A stretch of 63,146 nt of DNA, the filler included, from Nemertoderma westbladi (Eukaryota; Animalia; Xenacoelomorpha), in NCBI GenBank assembly GCA_032718475.1. It is 4 parts of 4 records of this genome, joined end to end, with 100 filler letters (N's around TTAATTAATTAA, not from the genome) between each part and the next. Parts side by side here need not be neighbours in the genome. Positions count along the whole stretch, not along the records: positions 25,980 to 50,132 come from JAUCBJ010004871.1; 3 more parts are not named here. One strand, given 5' to 3'. Below the pieces are notes generated by a model that searched no databases, had not been told where the DNA came from, and saw nothing but the letters and a program-made list of their open reading frames with translations. The position numbers and the translations under genes are program-made. Of this stretch, positions 35,701-48,564 are shown piece after piece. Each line of letters opens with the position of its first letter. The stretch's first letter is position 1.

Positions 35701-37082
35701 AAGTAAAAGAGATCTCGCTAATCTGTTTCCAGATTTGAAATCCTCTTTAAATTCTACTCTAGATGAAATAAAAAAAAACAAAAATTTTGACCTGAGGGGG
35801 GGGGGGGGGGGGGGGGTGTGTAACCACCCCCCCCCCCCCCCCCCCACCTTAAAAGCCTAATCAAATAACAATTATAAATATTTGTGTCATAATAACCTAC
35901 TGTAGACATCAATAAAGTGGGTCTAGAATTATAAGTTTCATATTATCTGATTCACACTAAAGGTATTCTTATTAAGCTGTAATATTATTATCACTTCCCT
36001 ATTAAATATAGATGTACAGCAGTACATTCAGCTTGTTACTCACTCACCCGTCGGTTAGAAAATTTAGAAAATTCTTTGATACAGACGGCTTTAAGAATAT
36101 CCGGATCAGAAGTTATCAAAGAGCTGTAAGCTCCTTCGTAAATCCTATAAAGTACAATAAAGTTACATAAAGTACCAACGAAGATATCCTGGTAAATATA
36201 TTACTTTATAGTCATTACTAACGATATTCATCTCATACCATCCGTTAACCTTTCAGTTAATACAGTAAGTAGTAAAACCCACCCGAATGTTTTTCCGTAT
36301 TTTTTCGTTGTTTCCGTATCGAATACATGCAACCCTTTACGATAGGAGATTATATTACCGATCAGCGGGAACGGTCGCGGTCCAGGTATCCCTAAACTGG
36401 TAAACAACTGCTGCTTCCGCCAAGACCAGCTGGAACGTAAATAATATTTAAAGTATTATATAAATAAAAGTAAATATTAATATAAAGTAAAGTAAATATT
36501 AATATAAAGTAAAGTAAATATTAATATAAAGTAAAGTAAATATTAATATAAAGTAAAGTAAATATTAATATAAAGTAAAGTAAATATTAATATAAAGTAA
36601 AGTAAATATTAATATAAAGTAAAGTAAATATTAATATAAAGTAAAGTAAATATTAATATAAAGTAAAGTAAATATTAATATAAAGTAAAGTAAATATTAA
36701 TATAAAGTAAAGTAAATATTAATATAAAGTAAAGTAAATATTAATATAAAGTAAAGTAAATATTAATATAAAGTAAAGTAAATATTAATATAAAGTAAAG
36801 TAAATATTAATATAAAGTAAAGTAAATATTAATATAAAGTATTATATAATTCACTTGAGTGATTTGATTTACTCATTGACTATACGTGAAACAAGTCGTC
36901 AGACTTTGTGCGCAAATCTCTGGGATAACGGCGGAAAAATGTATACTTTTAGAAGCATGTATGGTTGAGAGGCCACATGACTTAAAAAAAAAATAATATA
37001 TTATAAAAAATACTTACAAAATCACTGAAGCAAAGAACACCAGCCCTATAAGAGAAACATCAACAAACAACATCCACCACAT
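26781..37082 (-). CDS. Cytochrome P450, CYP3-clan-like, multi-exon; 3' exon(s) not found
   Basis: GT-AG exons in consistent phase: 37082-37018, 36429-36283, 36144-36048, 34106-33987, 29225-28988, 28573-28437, 27989-27863, 27434-27322, 27004-26781. Motifs: N-terminal [36 protein letters not shown]. Confidence 0.9.
29245..34003. repeat. About 4.7-kb satellite, 27-bp unit with 22-bp variants, filling P450 intron 4
   Basis: Unit AACTACCAACCTGTTTCAGTTTATTCC; higher-order blocks visible. Confidence 0.97.
34202..35848. mobile_element. Possible non-autonomous TTAA-flanked DNA transposon in P450 intron 3
   Basis: TTAA|GGGG...GTACAC at left and GTGTAACCACCC...CC|TTAA at right; internal CGCGCAGCACGTGA repeats and (GACA)n. 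Confidence 0.5.
36464..36843. repeat. 22-bp AT-rich minisatellite in P450 intron 1
   Basis: TATAAAGTAAAGTAAATATTAA, about 17 near-perfect copies. Confidence 0.95.
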
Positions 37083-39066
37083 GTTTATTGTAAAATTAGT
37101 TGGTTTAGAATAATTTCAGATGTGGAAACTAATCCTGGTCTGGCTGGTCACGCTGTCCTGTATGCGGTCGATAATTTCTCCGCTGTGATGAACTGATGAT
37201 GCAGTCGGTGGCACCTCAATATATTTAATTAAATTATGGTTGGTAATTTGAATTATAATTACTTGTAATTCTACTTTTAGATACTTTTTAATACTTTTAG
37301 AGTTATTACTGTAATACTGAAGGCCTATCATTTAAGTTTATAATAAAATCAGATTGATAAAACGCCAGATACGTGCCAGATAACTGCTATAGTTTATCCT
37401 ACACTGACAAGACAACTGAGAACAGTAGCCCTAAGTGCACAGTAATTATAATTAATTATGAACTGAACACGTATTGTGTTGGAATGACGTGGACGTTGGC
37501 CGGTCTTAAAATAAACAATGACGCATCATTGTGTATATAAATAAATAGACAGTATGAATGTAGCCTGTCCTAAATGTGATGTAGATAATTCTGTATTACT
37601 GAATTATTATTATTATTGCGGATTTGGTAGGCGGTGTGTTGTGGTGGGGACCGCCTAGCGCTACCACAGTGCCTACTGTTTGTTACATTGCCATGGCATG
37701 CAGTTATCATCATGATAATGAAATGCAACCAATGAAATGCATCGAAAACGTTGTACTGTTTAACAGGAGGCCCATCCTTGCATCATGAAACTAAATGACA
37801 TTCAGAAACGCCAGTGGGTGTGGTTGCGCTGGGGTTAAAAGAATCATGTACTTTTTAGTTGTAAAAATTACTGAAATTAAAGTATTGTACAGTACCGCTT
37901 TCAAATAACGTCGTATGGTTCCTAATAGGATCCTATTAGGATCCACTGATTCACTACTATTGGAGTTAGGATTTAATTGGAAATGAAATTTAGCCTAAAT
38001 TCCAGACTTGGAGGCACTTAGGATTTGACTTGGATTTCATTAGGAATTTACTTGGAAATCGGCGCTTACTTTGATGTCTGGAAGGTGGACTGACTCAGAC
38101 TATGCTTGTGCTGGTCTACTTCTTCTCTGTCCTGTCAATCATTAAGATGTATAGAATGGACTAGACTCAGCATAAAGTTTGCGTAGTGTTCAGTTCATCA
38201 TTACATAGAGGTATGGATATCGATGGAAGATTACACTCCTCCTACTGTACCTTGTATTGCCAGCCTCTGACCTAAATAATATTTAAAATATAAACTCTAA
38301 TAGATTAAATCCACACACACCCGCACATAGTTAACGTCCGTGGGCTGCTGGTGGGCTCTGGAATAATTTAAAATCGTATTGAACTTACAAATAAATGTAG
38401 GATCACACAGTGTATTTATTACTATTGAACATATTTAGAGTAATAAAGAGTTTGTGTTTGTGTAATTATTAATAGAATAAATATTAGTTAATTTTCATTT
38501 ATTAGTTTAATTAATAATTAGACAGGGGCTAAAACTGGGCGACTAAATAAATGTATGTAATATTGAATGCTATATTTGCTACACCCACAAAGCACATTAC
38601 CCTCTCCAAGCAGATTCCGCAACATATCACAATCCGTATCGCTACCACTACGAAAAATAAATGACATAACATCCTACAGGAATTAACAGACCCTTATGAG
38701 TTTAGTGGCGGTTTGTAACAAACTTATCCTCTTTGGCATAATGATATTAATATTAATTATAAATTATATTTATTATACCATGGAAATGGTAAAATCGCCA
38801 GATCTAAAAAGTTCGCACAATAATTTAAATAAAATTATTAAAAGTTTGATGTCCGATTATAATCAGATTACGCTTTAGCAGTCCAACTACTTGTTGAGGC
38901 GCACTCAACGTGTTGGCGGGCCTATTTTACACAATCGGCGATACCTTTACCGTATTGTAGTTAATTTGTCCAGATGTTGAGTTACAGCCAGTAGTGTGTA
39001 CTTTGCATATTTAACATTAGCCTATGGGAAGTATCGTTGTTGTAAGAAAGTCAGGGGAAGGGAAAT

Positions 39067-41775
39067 ACACGAAGTGGGGCCTTCGCGCAGCACGTGACTT
39101 AAATTTAATTTAAGTACTAATTCGAAAGTATTACTGTATTAGCAAATTTTAAGCAGATTTCGCCTAATCACTTTTTACCTCTTTCATTTCTATTCAGACA
39201 TTTCTAACTCTAGCGGTATAGTGAGAACTGAAGATGGATTAGGGTCTCCAGCCCCACAAAGACACAGCCTATGGATGAATAGTACATACGTACATCGGCC
39301 AAGTTTCATCTTGAATAACGGATAACGAAATGTGTTCGCGCTTTCAGACCTTTGGCAGTTTAACCCGCCAAATTAGGATGTCTTCTAGATAATAAATCAC
39401 CTTTAGTCTATGACAAGTATTTAATTCACTACACTAGTCGAAACCAATCTGTGCGCGATCATTCACCCGCTGGATATACCCGGGAGATTGGGTTCGACGG
39501 CTTAATTTTATTGCTATGTAAGCCTAATGTATTATTCGACTGACAGTATTATATAATCTCTGACAATATTATTCACCTTCGGGAAATATTAACAGTTCCT
39601 TTAGGACGTGGCGCTCTATCTATACAAACAGAGTTATGACTTAAACTACTCACAACGATATGGCTTAGTTACAATTCACATATATGGCGCATTCTTTAGG
39701 AAATGCTTCGTTATCAGTCTCACTCATACACAATGCTGCACAATACTGCACACTGATCTGCCGATCTTCACTGATTTTAGTCACATATAAAAGGAACACG
39801 GACCGAATCATGTAGGGTCTATCAAATAACATTAGATTCACTTCAAACCACTCAACATAGGTCGCAATCATTTATCTGTAACCTTTCTCTCTTACCTTCG
39901 GTATATCAAGAATATATTGGGTTTCGGGGTTATTTGTCGTTATTCCAAATATAATAATTCATCAACCATATTATGAAGAACTGACAGTAAATAGCAGTAT
40001 AACAATATAAAAGTATGCACAGTGTTACACAGTATGCAGTGTATGCAGTACTACAGTATGCAGTATGCAGTATGCAGACATCAGTCATCAGACATCAGAT
40101 AACGGATATATGTCCTTATAATTAAGCCTACTAGTGTAGGACTAAAAACTGAAAACACGGAGGTGCCAAAAGCCGGTTCTTAGGCTCTGGGCAAAACATA
40201 ACACTGAACTACTGAGTTTCTGTATACACCTCCAACACAGAGACAACAAACGCTCTGATTGGTCAACCTGAACAACGAGAGAACAAAGAAACAAAGAAAC
40301 GTCGACGTGGCAATATCAGCTGCTAGCCGTCGTCATGGTAGCGACACTGTTTTCAAGAGTATCGAGCTTTTACGTCACGGAATTACGGATTATGTCCTCT
40401 AAAGTACAAATACAGAAGAAATAGCTTTTATGTCCGCTAAAACACCAGTACAGCACGGACACGGCCTTTTTATGCCTGGTAAACCAACTACAGAGTATTT
40501 TACGGGAAAAATAAGGAAAAATAACCGGACAATTCAGCAAAAGCTTTTACAAAATGAGAGACGGATCTCACTTTCAGAAATTTCGTCGTATAGCGGAAGA
40601 CCGATTAAATCTCCCCCCCCCCCCCCCCCCCTCAAAGACGCAGCATGTGGTCCAGAATATATGGCAAGATTCAGCTTAAACTGATTAAAATCAATGAGAC
40701 GGGAGAATCTATTCACTTTCAGGCATAAAGTAGTCCTATAGCGGGTGACTGTTGAACTGATTTTCAACAAAACAAATTTTCAACTTGGCAGCTTTAAATT
40801 CGACAAAGTTATAAGCATGTCAATATCATAACGATGACAACGATTTCACTTTCAGACATTTGGCCCTCTAGCGGCAGACTGGAGAACTGCAGATGGATTC
40901 GCCTCCTTTGAAAGTCACAGCTAATGGTCTAATACATATCTGCCAAGTTTCAGCTTAAACGGATTAAAAGCAAAGAAATGGGAGGGCATTTAATGTTTAG
41001 ACATGTGGCCCTCTAGCGGGAGACCATTGCACTGATGGTGTCTGAAAGTCTCTCAAAAATCTCAACTTTAGCTCATATTGATACCTACAAATTTTCAACT
41101 TGGCAGCTTTAAATCCGACAAAGTTATTAGCATGTCAAAATCGTAACGACGACAACGATTTCACTTTCAGACCTTTGGCCCTCTAGCGGCAGACTGGAGA
41201 ACTGCAGATGGATTCGCCTCCTTTGAAAGTCACAGCTAATGGTCTAATACATATCTGCCAAGTTTCAGCTTAAACGGATTAAAAGCAAAGAAATGGGAGG
41301 GCATTTAATGTTTAGACATGTGGCCCTCTAGCGGGAGACCATTGCACTGATGGTGTCTGAAAGTCTCTCAAAAATCTCAACTTTTGCTCATATTGATACC
41401 TACAAATTTTCAACTTGGCAGCTTTAAATCCGACAAAGTTATTAGCATGTCAAAATCGTAACGACGACAACGATTTCACTTTCAGACCTTTGGCCCTCCT
41501 GCGGCAGACTGGAGAACTGCAGATGGATTCGCCTCCTTTGAAAGTCACAGCTAATGGTCTAATACATATCTGCCAAGTTTCAGCTTAAACGGATTAAAAG
41601 CAAAGAAATGGGAGGGCATTTAATGTTTAGACATGTGGCCCTCTAGCGGGAGACCATTGCACTGATGGTGTCTGAAAGTCTCTCAAAATTCTCAACTTTA
41701 GCTCATATTGATACCTACAAATTTTCAACTTGGCAGCTTTAAATCCGACAAAGTTATTAGCATGTCAAAATCGTA

Positions 41776-41807
<32 letters not shown>

Positions 41808-41987
41808 AACGACGACGACGACGACAACGACGACGACGACAACTATTTGCATAAATCGACCCACCCCCTAACAGTGTCAATTCGCTAAGGCTCCGCCAAC
41901 TTCGTGGCTCGCCATTTGCATAAATTGACCCACCCCCTAACAGTGTCAATTCGCTAAGGCTCCGCCAACTTCGTGGCTCGCCCCACA
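39067..41987. mobile_element. Helentron/DINE-like non-autonomous element with an internal 315-bp tandem array (copy 1)
   Basis: Short subterminal IRs CACGAAGT/ACTTCGTG and GTGGGGC/GCCCCAC; 315-bp period (40801, 41116, 41431, 41746); (GAC)n microsatellite; second copy at 42214-43832. Confidence 0.65.
39333..40551. mobile_element. 1.2-kb TGT...ACA insertion (solo-LTR-like)
   Basis: Absent from the sister copy at about 42478; 5-bp TSD AAATG at 39328-39332 and 40552-40556. Confidence 0.7.
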
Positions 41988-42213
41988 ACTCAACCACTAG
42001 ACAAAGGGGCTCTCTTTACTACATTCAGCTATCCCTCGAGGTTGATTGACAGACACTTCTAAGCTTTGATATTTAGCCGCTCTAGGTAGACTTACATTAG
42101 GCAAATTCCAAGTGATTTCCTAAAGGTTATTTATTTCCTATTAGGTTCCTATTAGGATCCTATTAGGATCCAATAGGACGTTATTTGAAAGCGTTACTGT
42201 AGTTTATATTGTT

Positions 42214-43832
42214 ACACGAAGTGGGGCCTTCGCGCAGCACGTGACTTAAATTTAATTTAAGTACTAATTCGAAAGTATTACTGTATTAGCAAATTTTAAG
42301 CAGATTTCGCCTAATCACTTTTTACCTCTTTCATTTCTATTCAGACATTTCTGACTCTAGCGGTATAGTGAGAACTGAAGATGGATTAGGGTCTCCAGCC
42401 CCACAAAGACACAGCCTATGGATGAATAGTACATACGTACATCGGCCAAGTTTCATCTTGAATAACGGATAACGAAATGAGAGACGGATCTCACTTTCAG
42501 AAATTTCGTCGTATAGCGGCAGACCGATTAAATCTCCCCCCCCCCCCCCCCCCCCACAAAGACGCAGCATGTGGTCCAGAATATATGGCAAGATTCAGCT
42601 TAAACTGATTAAAATCAATGAGACGGGAGAATCTATTCACTTTCAGGCATAAAGTAGTCCTATAGCGGGTGACTGTTGAACTGATTTTCAACAAAACAAA
42701 TTTTCAACTTGGCAGCTTTAAATTCGACAAAGTTATAAGCATGTCAATATCATAACGACGACAACGATTTCACTTTCAGACATTTGGCCCTCTAGCGGCA
42801 GACTGGAGAACTGCAGATGGATTCGCCTCCTTTGAAAGTCACAGCTAATGGTCTAATACATATCTGCCAAGTTTCAGCTTAAACGGATTAAAAGCAAAGA
42901 AATTGGAGGGCATTTAATGTTTAGACATGTGGCCCTCTAGCGGGAGACCATTGCACTGATGGTGTCTGAAAGTCTCTCAAAAATCTCAACTTTTGCTCAT
43001 ATTGATACCTACAAATTTTCAACTTGGCAGCTTTAAATCCGACAAAGTTATTAGCATGTCAAAATCGTAACGACGACAACGATTTCACTTTCAGACCTTT
43101 GGCCCTCTAGCGGCAGACTGGAGAACTGCAGATGGATTCGCCTCCTTTGAAAGTCACAGCTAATGGTCTAATACATATCTGCCAAGTTTCAGCTTAAACG
43201 GATTAAAAGCAAAGAAATGGGAGGGCATTTAATGTTTAGACATGTGGCCCTCTAGCGGGAGACCATTGCACTGATGGTGTCTGAAAGTCTCTCAAAAATC
43301 TCAACTTTTGCTCATATTGATACCTACAAATTTTCAACTTGGCAGCTTTAAATCCGACAAAGTTATTAGCATGTCAAAATCGTAACGACGACAACGATTT
43401 CACTTTCAGACCTTTGGCCCTCTAGCGGCAGACTGGAGAACTGCAGATGGATTCGCCTCCTTTGAAAGTCACAGCTAATGGTCTAATACATATCTGCCAA
43501 GTTTCAGCTTAAACGGATTAAAAGCAAAGAAATGGGAGGGCATTTAATGTTTAGACATGTGGCCCTCTAGCGGGAGACCATTGCACTGATGGTGTCTGAA
43601 AGTCTCTCAAAAATCTCAACTTTTGCTCATATTGATACCTACAAATTTTCAACTTGGCAGCTTTAAATCCGACAAAGTTATTAGCATGTCAAAATCGTAA
43701 CGACGACGACAACGACGACGACGACAACGACGACGACGACGACGACGACAACTATTTGCATAAATTGACCCACCCCCTGCCCTAACAGTGTCAATTCGCT
43801 AAGGCTCCGCCAACTTCGTGGCTCGCCCCACA
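42214..43832. mobile_element. Helentron/DINE-like element (copy 2)
   Basis: Near-identical to 39067-41987 without the 1.2-kb insertion. Confidence 0.65.
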
Positions 43833-44564
43833 AACATGATTTATTAGCGAATGTTAATTAACCCGTTAGGTGGGTTAATTAGTATTTGAGTATTTATTCA
43901 TTCTGAAACCCTCAGCCAATTGAGGCTATATAGGCCTAATTGTTATTAATTAATAATTTTATATAATTATATAATTAATTAATTAATTATATACTAATTA
44001 TTAACGATTTTGACATGCATGGATCATGTCAATGGAGACAGCAGGGAAAGTAGACGCAAAACCCGCCTTGGCGAATTAATATCCCGCTTCAATGTTGAAT
44101 TCTCAATTTAGGGTAAGGAGCAGGTTACAGTGGCACGATATTTTAACCAAAACAATATACTATTTTTGAGAGTAATCAGCTGTTATTTGCCCCCCCCCCC
44201 CCCCCCCCCCCCCCTATCTGTGTCAATGAGAGAGTTTTACTGCCCAGACCGAGTGGCAGTGTTTCCGTGAGAGCCGGGTTCGTCCGGGATTGTCGAGACA
44301 ATGACACAAACCTGTCTAGTCGCGATTCGATTTGTATATTTCCAAGGAGCATCCGAAGAGATCTCGGATGTTGCTCGGAACAGCGTTAAATAGTTGCGGT
44401 CCAAACACAGTAAAGCTCGATTCTACTATCGGTTTTACTTTTAGTGCTGGTATTTCCATGGCTACACACACAACCCAACCCCCCTATCTGCTATCTGCAA
44501 CTACTAGTAGAGTTGTTGTCCTTGGCAGGTTTGGATTGATTGCTAAAATACTAATACAATACTG

Positions 44565-45752
44565 GGGTAAATCTTTTCGACCTACGCGTAGGCCTACGCG
44601 TAGCTACGCGTAGCTACGCGTAGCTACGCGTAGTTTGTAACTTCCATTCCTGTCATTTACCGGTAGGGCCAGACTTACTGCCTTTTTAACAACTACGCGT
44701 AGGTGTTTTAAAACTACGCGTAGTTATTTTGGAACTACGCGTAGGTATTTTGAAACTACGCGTAGGTGCTACGCGTAGCTACGCGTAGGTGCTACGCGTA
44801 GCAGTCCTGATAACAATGATTTTTCATTTCAGGTCCGGTAGGGTTGAGTTGTTAGGCAAGTATCGGTATATGTCAGGTATCTGATTATCAGATAAATGTA
44901 ATAACAGAATCGGAAACTCATATCTCTACATACAGCACTGGTAATAAATAATATTCGGCTCTTTCACATACAAACACAGAGGATGAATAAAAAGTAAACT
45001 TAAAATTCACGTCTCATGATTCAAGTATCTTTGTTTCCATTGGATTATTTAAATATTGAACAGTAGTAAATAAAGCGACCAGTCTACCGGTGAAGAGGTT
45101 AAGCGAAAGCTGATTAATACTGCATATAATCAAATTGTTTGGTCAAATAACAAGTGCAACCAATCATGGTAGACAATTTAGTCTCCCCCTTCCCTTGTCA
45201 AGGGGTTAACATATTAAATACAGTATATCCTTGCCCTATCGTGAACAAAGGCAATAAAAAGCATAGAGAATCGATAAGAACCATCGGCCTATTTCCTTTG
45301 TAAACTATTTTTGAACTCTAAACATTAATTATTAACACATTTTACCGCCCGCAACGCATGAAGTGAAGAATATGTAGTCTTCGCGTATTCCTCTATATAG
45401 AGTATACAGGTATAGGATAAATTACTGTTGAAAGCATTTGATGGTTGTGGGTTGTTTATTGAACATACCGTATTGTGTCTTATTTTAGTACTGACTCGCT
45501 TGGAATACGTAAGCCTACTAATGATAAACGACGTATAGGCATAGTTATGGGTAGCACCTATGCGTAGGTCGCGTAGGACCTACGCGTAGCTACGCGTAGC
45601 ACCTACGCGTAGCTACGCGTAGCACCTACGCGTAGTTATTGTTAAAACTCTGAAACTGGTGATATATGACCCAATGTTGACAACTACGCGTAGCTACGCG
45701 TAGCTACGCGTAGCTACGCGTAGGCCTACGCGTAGGTCGAAAAGATTTACCC
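44565..45752. mobile_element. MITE with long TIRs built from CTACGCGTAG palindromes; 8-bp TSD (Merlin- or hAT-like)
   Basis: GGGTAAATCTTTTCGACCTACGCG... and ...CGCGTAGGTCGAAAAGATTTACCC; TSD CAATACTG at 44557-44564 and 45753-45760. Confidence 0.88.
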
Positions 45753-45976
45753 CAATACTGCAATAATCAATCATATATGCCTCCCGTCAGCCCAGCACTG
45801 TGTTTTTGCAGTTGATACCAACAAGAACAACACATGAACACATCAATCACAATCGCAAATACACAAATAATAGTATTGTAACAGGTCTGTTCTGGTCTTA
45901 CTTCTGTCATCTGCCACTTTATTAAAATTTATTTTCCTCCTGTGTCAGTTAATAATTACGTGCTATTTCTTGCAAG

Positions 45977-47557
45977 ATGAGCAATTCGAAAAAATCAGCG
46001 AACCGTGATCCTTCAGAATCCGGTCACTCGAAGAAGGAATCCATCGATCGACTTACCGAGCAATATTTGTTAGATCCGACAAAAGTCAACCTAATCGCGG
46101 ACATTATCGCATTCTCGCGAAGCCAACGGCGATCCATTCAGTTGGCCTTAATATCATCTTTCAATCGAATATTCGTGAAACAGTTAAAGAGACGTGTTTC
46201 TATATCCTTAGATGGAGACAACGGACGATTAAATGAACTATACTTGGAGGCAATAAACGTACTCAAGTTATTCGTTAAGGGAAACCAAAATAAAGTTGTA
46301 TCAGCCTTGGCTTTAACATGTCTAATAAAGTTCTTATCTATCGAATCTTCGAAAACAGTTCGAAATTCAGATGAATTTAAATTCCCCACCGATATATTAA
46401 ACGTTATTATTGATGCTTTACTCGGAAGAGGTGATGATACCGGGGAACTTTTAAATCAATTCGAGGAATATTTAGTTTATGATGATGTTCGGTACTTTAC
46501 CATGTTGCACATTTTTCATTTATTACAAAACGGGGAACCCGACGTCGAACGAAATATTTTTCAAATTCTAAAATCCCTCCAAAAAACTTTTTCAGCCGCC
46601 GTTACCCTGGAGAATAAACTCCACTTTATTAACTTCCTATGCCGCCATAATCATACGGAGGAACTAAAACCCGGCAAAGTTCGCGAACACCGACGTCTGT
46701 TCGGGAACTTATGGGCCAAATTCCTCTCTAGTTTCCGGGACTCGGGTCTCCACAAACCGATTCTCCTGCACATAAACCTTGTGATCCCTCTCGTCAGCTC
46801 CCCAGCGCTGTTCGCCGACTTCCTTACCAACTCGTTCGACCGGGGCGGCGCCATCGCGCTGCTCTCGCTCCGAAGTCTCTTCGTCCTCCTCAACCGACAC
46901 AACGTTAACTACCCCGACTTCTACGCCAAACTCTACTCCCTGTTCCTCCCGACTGTCCTCCGCTCCTCCTATCGCTCGCGATTCTTTCATCTCGCCGATC
47001 TCTTCCTCTCCTCCTCCCATCTCCCGGCCTACGTGGTAGCCGCATTCGCTAAACGCCTCGCCCGACTCGCTCTCGTCGCCCCCACCGACGCCGTCTCTCT
47101 CATCGTCACCTTCATTCTCAACCTCATCCGTCGACATCCCGCCTGTCGGCCGCTCCTAAATCGCTGCGACGTCACCAACAACAATGTGGCTGACACTAAC
47201 GGCGAGGTCACTGACCCCGGCGACCACCGAATTCTTCCCAACCTCGAGGTCATTGACCCCTATCTTCCCAACGAACCCGATCTAAGTAAATGTGAAGCTT
47301 TAAACTCGTCGCTATGGGAACTACAGACCCTCCGTCAGCACTGCAATCACTCGGTTGCCAAGGCAACCCGACACATCCTCCAACCCCTGGGACTCAAGGA
47401 GGATGACATTTCAGAGCTGTTGGATTTAACTTCGGAAACGAATCTCGATAGGGAACTGGCGGTAAAGAGGTTGAAGGTTGTAGATGTGCCTATCAACATG
47501 AACCCACCTAACGGGTTGTTTGATAGCAACGATGTTTACTCCTTTACTAATACTTAA
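45977..47557 (+). CDS. NOC4L: Nucleolar complex protein 4 homolog (CBF/Mak21 domain), single-exon ORF
   Basis: 526 aa; YPDFYAKLYSL, RFFHLADLFLSSSHLPAYVVAAFAKRLARLAL, NLIRRHP, ALNSSLWEL. Confidence 0.93.
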   Translation: MSNSKKSANRDPSESGHSKKESIDRLTEQYLLDPTKVNLIADIIAFSRSQRRSIQLALISSFNRIFVKQLKRRVSISLDGDNGRLNELYLEAINVLKLFVKGNQNKVVSALALTCLIKFLSIESSKTVRNSDEFKFPTDILNVIIDALLGRGDDTGELLNQFEEYLVYDDVRYFTMLHIFHLLQNGEPDVERNIFQILKSLQKTFSAAVTLENKLHFINFLCRHNHTEELKPGKVREHRRLFGNLWAKFLSSFRDSGLHKPILLHINLVIPLVSSPALFADFLTNSFDRGGAIALLSLRSLFVLLNRHNVNYPDFYAKLYSLFLPTVLRSSYRSRFFHLADLFLSSSHLPAYVVAAFAKRLARLALVAPTDAVSLIVTFILNLIRRHPACRPLLNRCDVTNNNVADTNGEVTDPGDHRILPNLEVIDPYLPNEPDLSKCEALNSSLWELQTLRQHCNHSVAKATRHILQPLGLKEDDISELLDLTSETNLDRELAVKRLKVVDVPINMNPPNGLFDSNDVYSFTNT

Positions 47558-47675
47558 ACTCCACTGTAATATTCTGGTGAGGAATGAGTTTGGAATTGGA
47601 ATATGAATATGAATCAAATTTAATATCTTAAATATTAACAACATCATGAATTCCTTTTAAGTTTTTAAATTAAAT

Positions 47676-48199
47676 TAACGGGCGTAATTGAAGACTCCTC
47701 GTTTTAAGCAAGATACTAAATTTTATTAGGTAGGTAAAGCTATTAATATCAAGACTGATTCCGACAACCTACTTCCCTCTATAAATATTTTGTAGTAGTT
47801 AGTTCTTATTACTATTTGTATAGAAAATGTTCCAGAGCATGTTAGCTATTAAAGTAAGGAACAATTATTTTTTGTTCTAGAACATTTTTTAGAAAAAAAT
47901 CTGGATTCTATTTAAAACGCTTGGAATCGTTTTAAAACGTGTTTAAAAACTAGTTTCTAGAACCAAAAATATTCGTTCTACGATTCTAGAACGTGATTTT
48001 TTCTTAAAATTAAAAGCCAACATCTTCTGGAACATTTTCTATACAAATAGTAACAAGAACTAGCTACTACAAAATATTTATAGAAGGAAGTAGGATTTCG
48101 GAACCAGTGTCGAAATTACTAGCTAAACCTATCTAAAACACTAGCTACCGTAAAATTTTGTATCTTACTTAACGAGGTTGCTTCAATTACGTCCATTGA
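47676..48199. mobile_element. Foldback/MITE, imperfect 520-bp palindrome
   Basis: CGTAATTGAAG/CTTCAATTACG ends; inner arms TACTATTTGTATAGAAAATGTTCCAGA/TCTGGAACATTTTCTATACAAATAGTA. Confidence 0.8.
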
Positions 48200-48564
48200 T
48201 CAAATTGCAGCAAATGGAAATTTATAGAACTCTCCCCATATCAAAATAGTGTAAAAAAAAACTGGCCTCTTTTTTTAAGCCTCTCTCTTAGGCCGTATAT
48301 GGCATAACTACATCCCCACAAATAAATAAAATTATATTCGCCATTGTTCATAATTATCACTTTGAAGCTTTTACGGCCGTGAGGTATTCGCGTTAGCAGT
48401 TAGTCGCCATGGTATGTAAAGATGGACAGACATGACGGATGTTATGCACGGCACCACCACCTCACGTCCAATCGCGACCGGTGGGAGTTGGAAAATATTG
48501 GCGTGCCAATCGACAACTATATCATATATTTTAGTAAATTGAGTAGAAATGTCTATTGACGATT

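Larger units (their letters stand above)
37890..42199. mobile_element. Non-autonomous Tc1/mariner-like element containing nested insertions
   Basis: TA|CAGTACCGCTTTCAAATAACGTC ... GACGTTATTTGAAAGCGTTACTG|TA; subterminal CCTA(T/A)TAGG palindromes at both ends. Confidence 0.75.
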
